From positions 1-37,906 of IMG/VR virus record IMGVR_UViG_3300037467_001014: a stretch of 37,906 nucleotides of DNA; one strand, 5' to 3'. Below, piece by piece: positions 32,814 through 37,906 of this stretch (its first letter is position 1; each line of letters begins with the position of its first letter). The notes beneath the pieces were generated by a model. It made no database searches and was not told the origin of the DNA. It saw only the letters and a program-made list of their open reading frames with translations. The stretch comes from a virus. Its lineage: Duplodnaviria > Caudoviricetes. A program made the position numbers and the translations under genes.

Positions 32814-35800
32814 TTACCTCGGTACAATGCCGGGAGGGAGGTCGCCGTGACCCCTGCTACCGGTGCTGCGGTTCAAGTTGGGGTGCGCGCTGTGCAAACG
32901 GTCAACGGCGCTGCCTGCGATGGCGTTGGCGTTCTTTTGGTCGATAGCCGTGTTGCCCTTGGCTTCGACCAGCACACGCAGCGTCATTTCGGCCTTCAAC
33001 GGGCCCTCGATGAGCGGCTTCACCTGGACGCTCGTGGTAGTCCCGCGCGGCGGGGCAGCGGCACCCGGGATGGTGCGCGGGCTGACACCAGCCCCAGGAC
33101 CAACCGTTCGGCCCTGCGACTCGCGCAACAGCTCAAGCGGCGTCTTTTGGTAAGACGCTTTGGGGGTGGGTACGGAGAACGCCGTAGGATTGTTTGTCGG
33201 CGCAGGCGGCTTGATGCCCGCCGCCCTGGCAAACGGATTGTTAGGGTCAGGAATGTCGCGGATAGCCAGCACGACCACACCGATGGCGGCGGCCAACGCG
33301 GTAAGGCCCAACGCCACCGTGCCCAGCATACCGAGGCCCGGCAGCGCCGCCGCCACGGCCACGGCCTCCACACCCGCCGCAGCGGCGGGACCGCGCACGG
33401 CCAACAAGCCCAGGGCCGTGGCCGTAGAGTTCAAGGCCGACGCCGTGCTGGCTAGCGTGCTGATGGCGGCCAGCCCGCGCACCGCGCTAAACACCATCAC
33501 GACACCCGCGAGACCGCCGGTGGCGATGGCGGCGCTGATGGCCCCAAACACGGCACCGACCGCTTCCGGGTTGTTCTTGGCGACATCGGCGATGGCACGC
33601 AGCGTCGGGTTGACGACCTTGAGCATACCGGTCACAACAGGCAGTACGCCCTGCGACAACTGGTTCTGCAAGTTCTCCCACTCGATGCTAGTCTGCTTGG
33701 CTTGGAACTTGTATTGGTTCGAAACCTTGTCGAACACGGTCTCGATGTCCTCTGCGTGGTTCTTGGCACGCAGGAAGTCGTCCTCGATGCGCTGCGACTG
33801 CTGGAACATAATGGAGACCAGACCTTGCGACGTTTGACGGCCGGTCGAACCCATAATGTTCTTGTTGAGCCACAACTGGGCGTTCTCCGGGGTCCAAGCC
33901 TTGCCGTCCGCTTTCATCGCGGCTTGCAGCTTGGGCATATAAACCGTCTTAATCCACTCGTGCGGGTCTTTGGAGAGCAAATTACCCTGGACGAAGGCAG
34001 TCATCGGGTTAAAGGACTTGATGCCCTTCCCATCCTTGGTGAACTCGATAGACTTGTCGTGGATGTTGACGAGGCCCAGCTTCGCCATACCCATATTCTT
34101 GTACGCGGCCTGCTGACCCATCAGCATATTGGTCATAAGACCGTTGACAGCCGTACCGGTGCGCCCGCCGCCAAGCTCCTGCATCACGAACGCCAGCTTG
34201 AGGAAGCCGTCGTCCGACAGACCGAACTTGTTGGCCTGGAGGGTCTTCATACCAGCCAGAACTTCGTTAACGCGCAGCGTGCCGCCCGTAGCTTCGGTAG
34301 CCTTCATAATGAGGCGCAGGCGCGACTCGAAGTGCTCGATACGCTCCTCCCGGGTCTTGGCCTTGCCGTCCGGACGGTTGGAGGCCGAGCCGAGTTCGGC
34401 CGCTCGAATGGCGTTGTCCAAGGTAGAGTCGCTAAGGTTGTAGCGTTGCTGCATACCGACCTTGAACTTGTTAACCAGCGTGAGAACGGAGGTGTCCTTG
34501 CCGTCCTTACCCAAGACGGCTTCAGGTCCGCCCAGTACCGCGTGCAGCATCTTAAAGGTGTCGTTGGCCTCCTTGTAGTCGATGCCCTTACCCAAACCGG
34601 CCTGCTGGCGGTTAATCTCGCGGACGCGGGCCAACAGCTTGTCGTTAATGCCCATACCCATCAACTGCTGGTCGGAAGTGTTCATCTTGTTACCGACTTC
34701 GGCCATCGAGTGAACGGCGTGCGCAACGCCCGCGCCCGCGACACCGGCACCCATAATGAGGCCGACGCCGCGCTGTAGCCGCTGGTGGTACTTCTCCACC
34801 ATACGCATACGCTGCTCGATAAGCTGGCTGTTACGCAGTTCTGCCGCGTGCTCGGCCTCCAAAGAGTGCAACTTGGCTTCACGGTACTTTTGTTCCGCGT
34901 CAAGCTTCTGCCGCACGAGGTCGTTAAGGTGGACCTGGGCGTCCATTTCGCCCTGCATCACCTTCATCTTGGCGTCCGCGTCTACGATGTGGTTGTCTCG
35001 CATCTGGTTGAGCGTGTGCAGACGCTTGTCGTCGGCTGCCTTGGCCTTGTCCGCTTGAACCTGCTCTTTCTTCGTAATGGCATCGGTCGCCGCCTGCCGG
35101 GCGTTAGCCAGCTTGCGCGTGTCCTTGTCCTGCTTGTCGGTCAGTTCACGCTGCTTGGTCTGGGCCTCGTCCAGCTTGGTGTTCAGTTCGTTTTGATGGA
35201 ATACCTGCTTCTTGTGTGCTTCGTCCGTACGCTGCGCGTGGTCGCTGTCGGCCTGGGCAAGCGCCTTGTTCTTGGCGTTGTCCATCTGACGCATCGTGCG
35301 CGTCTGGCGCTCGTCGTTGGTACGCACGCGCTCCTGGGCTTCCGCAATCTTGCGGTCCAGTTCGACCATCTGGTGGTGCTGGTCCACCAACTGCTTGTTG
35401 TAGGCCAGCGACTTCTCCAGGTCGGACAACTGGTTGTTGTACCCGTGTGCGGCGTTGCGCGCGGCCTCGATAGGGTCCTGGCTGTGAGCGATGGCTTGGC
35501 GGCGGGCGTCATCCATCGCAGCCCCACGCAACGCGTGCAACTGGGACTTCTCGCTGTGCTGGGTTGCAATCTGGCCTTGAACAAACGCCAATTGCGCCTG
35601 ACTCATAACCGAGTGCCCCTTGCCAACCAAATGCTCGCGCTGGCGGGTAAGCTGGTCGATGTGGTCGTTAGCAGCCTCTCGGCGGTCACCAGAGGCGGCA
35701 AGCGCCTTACGCCGGTTCTCGTTGAACTGGTCGATGATGCGCTGGCGGCGCTCCTGGTGCTGCTGGTCGCGGGCTACCTGCGCGTCCTGGTGCGCCTTCT

Positions 35801-36290
35801 CCTGCTGGTCACGCATCCGGGTCAGACGCTCAATCTGGCGGTCGGCCTGGGCTCGGCGCATACCGTTCGCCTCGCGCAAGCGGGCCAGGTTCTCATCGAA
35901 ACGCCGTTGGATGGCCTCCCGACGCTGCAAAGCGTTCTCTTGGATGGCAGACTGGCGCTGCGCGGCTTGCTGTTGGGCCGCGTTGATGCGGTTCTGCAAG
36001 TCGATGAACTTCTGGGCCGACTTCTCGCCGAACGCGTCCATCGCACGTTGCCGTGCGTTCTCTGCCCGGTTCATCTGCATACGGCGCATCTGGGCCTGCT
36101 GGGTAGCGGCCTCGTGCTTCCGCATAGTCTCGATAGCCTTGTTCTCGATGCGTTCGAGGTTCGCCATCGACTTGGCGTACTCCGACTGCGTCTTGGAGAG
36201 GCTAGCGAACTTGCCCTGCATATGCGCCAGACGACCGGACAACCGGTCGTTGGCGTGGAACAGGACTGCGACCTTGTGGACTACGTTCAT
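32814..36290 (-). CDS. tape measure protein (1158 aa)
   Basis: Long helical A/Q/E/K/R-rich protein downstream of the tail chaperone, with hydrophobic Ala/Gly/Leu segments near the C-terminus. Confidence 0.88.
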   Translation of the reverse strand: MNVVHKVAVLFHANDRLSGRLAHMQGKFASLSKTQSEYAKSMANLERIENKAIETMRKHEAATQQAQMRRMQMNRAENARQRAMDAFGEKSAQKFIDLQNRINAAQQQAAQRQSAIQENALQRREAIQRRFDENLARLREANGMRRAQADRQIERLTRMRDQQEKAHQDAQVARDQQHQERRQRIIDQFNENRRKALAASGDRREAANDHIDQLTRQREHLVGKGHSVMSQAQLAFVQGQIATQHSEKSQLHALRGAAMDDARRQAIAHSQDPIEAARNAAHGYNNQLSDLEKSLAYNKQLVDQHHQMVELDRKIAEAQERVRTNDERQTRTMRQMDNAKNKALAQADSDHAQRTDEAHKKQVFHQNELNTKLDEAQTKQRELTDKQDKDTRKLANARQAATDAITKKEQVQADKAKAADDKRLHTLNQMRDNHIVDADAKMKVMQGEMDAQVHLNDLVRQKLDAEQKYREAKLHSLEAEHAAELRNSQLIEQRMRMVEKYHQRLQRGVGLIMGAGVAGAGVAHAVHSMAEVGNKMNTSDQQLMGMGINDKLLARVREINRQQAGLGKGIDYKEANDTFKMLHAVLGGPEAVLGKDGKDTSVLTLVNKFKVGMQQRYNLSDSTLDNAIRAAELGSASNRPDGKAKTREERIEHFESRLRLIMKATEATGGTLRVNEVLAGMKTLQANKFGLSDDGFLKLAFVMQELGGGRTGTAVNGLMTNMLMGQQAAYKNMGMAKLGLVNIHDKSIEFTKDGKGIKSFNPMTAFVQGNLLSKDPHEWIKTVYMPKLQAAMKADGKAWTPENAQLWLNKNIMGSTGRQTSQGLVSIMFQQSQRIEDDFLRAKNHAEDIETVFDKVSNQYKFQAKQTSIEWENLQNQLSQGVLPVVTGMLKVVNPTLRAIADVAKNNPEAVGAVFGAISAAIATGGLAGVVMVFSAVRGLAAISTLASTASALNSTATALGLLAVRGPAAAAGVEAVAVAAALPGLGMLGTVALGLTALAAAIGVVVLAIRDIPDPNNPFARAAGIKPPAPTNNPTAFSVPTPKASYQKTPLELLRESQGRTVGPGAGVSPRTIPGAAAPPRGTTTSVQVKPLIEGPLKAEMTLRVLVEAKGNTAIDQKNANAIAGSAVDRLHSAHPNLNRSTGSRGHGDLPPGIVPR

Positions 36291-36292
36291 TG

Positions 36293-36874
36293 TTACCTCG
36301 AAAGGTTCTTGAGAAGGCCATTAACGATGGCGGTCTCTGCGAAGGTTTCCGCAACGGCGTTAGCGGTTTTGTAGAAGTCGTTGCCGGTGAAGATGGGTCG
36401 GGGTTCTACCCAGGTATCCCCACCCTTGGGGTTGTGGGCGTGGAAGCCGTGTTCGGCCATATCGAACAAGAACTCCAGCGACCGGGGCGAACCGTACCTA
36501 GGAGGGTCGTAATCGCCGTCGTGGATGCCAATCTTGACATCGAGGCCGTGAATCTCGTAGTCGATGGCGTCGTGCATCTGGCCCGTGGCGTACAGGGGGT
36601 CGTCGGGGGCCAGACCAGCGTCCGAGCGTTCCGCCTGGGTCCAGGTCTCCTCTAGCCCGGCCCACTCGCCGTTGCCGTGTTGGAGAATCTTATCCTGGAA
36701 ATGGCGCTTCATAGCCTCGCCGGAGCTATGTAGTGCCGACCCGAGCGCCCCACCCGCCTTGGAGGCCGCTGCAAAACCAGAAAAGCCGCGTCCGAACGCG
36801 GCTTTACCTGAATAAGCGAACGCCGCAGTCTGGAACAACCGACCCAAGGAGGCAAAGTCTACGAAGTCGGACAC
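36293..36874 (-). CDS. virion morphogenesis / tail-completion protein (Mu gpG / HK97 gp10-like)
   Basis: WAGLEE.T..R....PLYATGQMHDAI..E.G..PRP. SD AAGGAGGT with GTG start. Confidence 0.7.
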   Translation of the reverse strand: MSDFVDFASLGRLFQTAAFAYSGKAAFGRGFSGFAAASKAGGALGSALHSSGEAMKRHFQDKILQHGNGEWAGLEETWTQAERSDAGLAPDDPLYATGQMHDAIDYEIHGLDVKIGIHDGDYDPPRYGSPRSLEFLFDMAEHGFHAHNPKGGDTWVEPRPIFTGNDFYKTANAVAETFAETAIVNGLLKNLSR

Positions 36875-36889
36875 GACCTTACCTCCTTG

Positions 36890-37072
36890 TTACGTTTCCC
36901 GGGGCTTCCACGACATTGTGTCCCAGTCCCAGACACCGCCCTCGTTTTGACCGTGTTGGATGCAGAATCCCATTCGGTACACGTCATCTAGCGCCATCGC
37001 CTTATCGGCGTCCCAACCCTTACTGATGAGATAGTTCACTTCCCACCAGTAAGAGTCGTCTACGACTTTTTT
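36890..37072 (-). CDS. frameshifted C-terminal extension of the tail assembly chaperone (gpGT-like)
   Basis: The -1 frame stays open from the slippery site to TAA at 36890-36892: KVVDDSYWWEVNYLISKGWDADKAMALDDVYRMGFCIQHGQNEGGVWDWDTMSWKPRET*. It fills the gap up to the next SD. Confidence 0.85.
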   Translation of the reverse strand, partial: KKVVDDSYWWEVNYLISKGWDADKAMALDDVYRMGFCIQHGQNEGGVWDWDTMSWKPRET

Positions 37073-37575
37073 AGGTCGTCTGCGCTGACCACCTTCTGAA
37101 TGAGTTGCCGGGTGCTGACCTCGATGACCAGGGTGTCGAGGGCTTCGTCACCCAAAAGCTCGGCGAGGGATTCGAAGTCCTGTCGAGTGGTGTTGCGGTC
37201 GTACAGCGGGGTCGGGAGGGGCATCCCGTTGATGTGGGTAATCCACGCCATCGAACGGAAGTACATCAACATTCCGTCGTTGGTGGCGTCGAAGCCCAGA
37301 ATCTTCGTGATGTGCAGCGCCACCGGTCGGGTGGGCTTGGCGATGGTAATCTTGTTGATGCCCTTACCGCTCTGGGAAGGGGCGTCGAAGGTGTAGGGGT
37401 CACCCGGGGACGCCATAATGGCATCAGTAGGGGCAGGCTGCTCGCCCGCCCCTTCCTTCTGCTCAACTACGGGCGCTACCGGGGCTTCCGTGGTCGTCAC
37501 CGTCTGCTCGACTTTGTTGGGGTCCTGCCCGTTACGGGCGGCCTCCAACTGTTCGGGCGTCAGCACGTCAGCCAT
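37060..37575 (-). CDS. tail assembly chaperone (gpG-like)
   Basis: Lies between tube and tape measure. SD AAGGAG. It ends CTA AAA AAG TCG TAG. Confidence 0.85.
   Translation of the reverse strand: MADVLTPEQLEAARNGQDPNKVEQTVTTTEAPVAPVVEQKEGAGEQPAPTDAIMASPGDPYTFDAPSQSGKGINKITIAKPTRPVALHITKILGFDATNDGMLMYFRSMAWITHINGMPLPTPLYDRNTTRQDFESLAELLGDEALDTLVIEVSTRQLIQKVVSADDLKKS
37066..37072 (-). promoter_or_regulatory. programmed -1 ribosomal frameshift heptamer A AAA AAG
   Basis: In-frame X XXY YYZ heptamer two codons before the chaperone stop. Confidence 0.85.
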
Positions 37576-37602
37576 TGTAGTTCACTCCTTGTCTTGTCGC
37601 CT

Positions 37603-37906
37603 TTAGACGACGAGCTTGAGGGCGTCGGCCAGAGCGGCCAGCAGTTGGCCGGAAATGGACTCGATGCCGTTCTTGATGTCGCTCAGTTCCCGCTTGGGGG
37701 CGGTGAACGCGAACGACTGCTCCACGGGGTTGTTGGAAGACCACTCGCCGTCGCTCTCCGGCTTGATGGTCGCTTCGGCCCACGTCTTCTTCACAAGGCC
37801 CTTAGCGGAGCCGCGCGAGTCGTAGACGTACTGCGTCACCGTACCGGTCACCTGACCGGCACCCGAGAGGCAAGCGTCTTGCAGCACTTGCATCAGGTAG
37901 TCGCTG
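37603..37906 (-). CDS. tail tube protein (3' part; gene begins outside the window)
   Basis: The frame is open to the window edge (..SDYLMQVLQDA..GTVTQYV..TWAEATIKP..GEWSSNNPVEQSFAFTA). It lies directly upstream of the chaperone. Confidence 0.65.
   Translation of the reverse strand, partial: SDYLMQVLQDACLSGAGQVTGTVTQYVYDSRGSAKGLVKKTWAEATIKPESDGEWSSNNPVEQSFAFTAPKRELSDIKNGIESISGQLLAALADALKLVV

Noticed and set aside
596-36374. Long antisense ORFs (e.g. 596-2212 -, 13470-14828 -, 16576-17727 +, 27372-28502 +, 31998-33455 +, 34785-36374 +)
   Set aside because: They are shadow frames of high-GC3 genes with clear motifs on the opposite strand, and they have no SD or recognisable domains.
37023-37030. 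CTGATGAG hammerhead-like core
   Set aside because: It lies antisense within the GT coding frame, with no GAAA partner or flanking stems.
1-37906. Stop-codon reassignment or modified-base (e.g. dZ, dU) genome
   Set aside because: Genes are intact in the standard code and use TAA, TAG and TGA as stops. dUTPase with ThyX argues for normal thymine, and no purZ or base-modifying enzymes were recognised in this window.

Overview
This GC-rich window is part of a tailed dsDNA phage genome, most likely a contractile-tailed myovirus, with two convergent arms. The + arm (1-14861) encodes replication and nucleotide metabolism: an XRE/Cro-like regulator, an AEP-primase/Zn-finger/DUF927-helicase fusion, a family A DNA polymerase with a Cys-rich insertion, ThyX, a PD-(D/E)XK nuclease, a RuvC-like resolvase, a DHH phosphoesterase, a SLOG protein, dUTPase, dTMP kinase and a class II ribonucleotide reductase. 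The - arm (37906 down to 15509) encodes the tail and lysis genes: tube (partial), an assembly chaperone with a -1 frameshift, tape measure, baseplate, a repeat tail fibre, a four-module Kelch-like protein, a coiled-coil protein, an HExxH metallopeptidase, a GH24 endolysin and holin-like proteins. The most unusual part is the ~650 bp non-coding junction (14862-15508). It reads as alternating sigma70-like promoters and terminators flanking densely structured candidate RNAs, and it shares motifs with the nrdJ promoter and the lysis-cassette leader. No integrase, tRNA or CRISPR array was seen. All product calls come from motif recognition by eye, and no database search or folding program was run.
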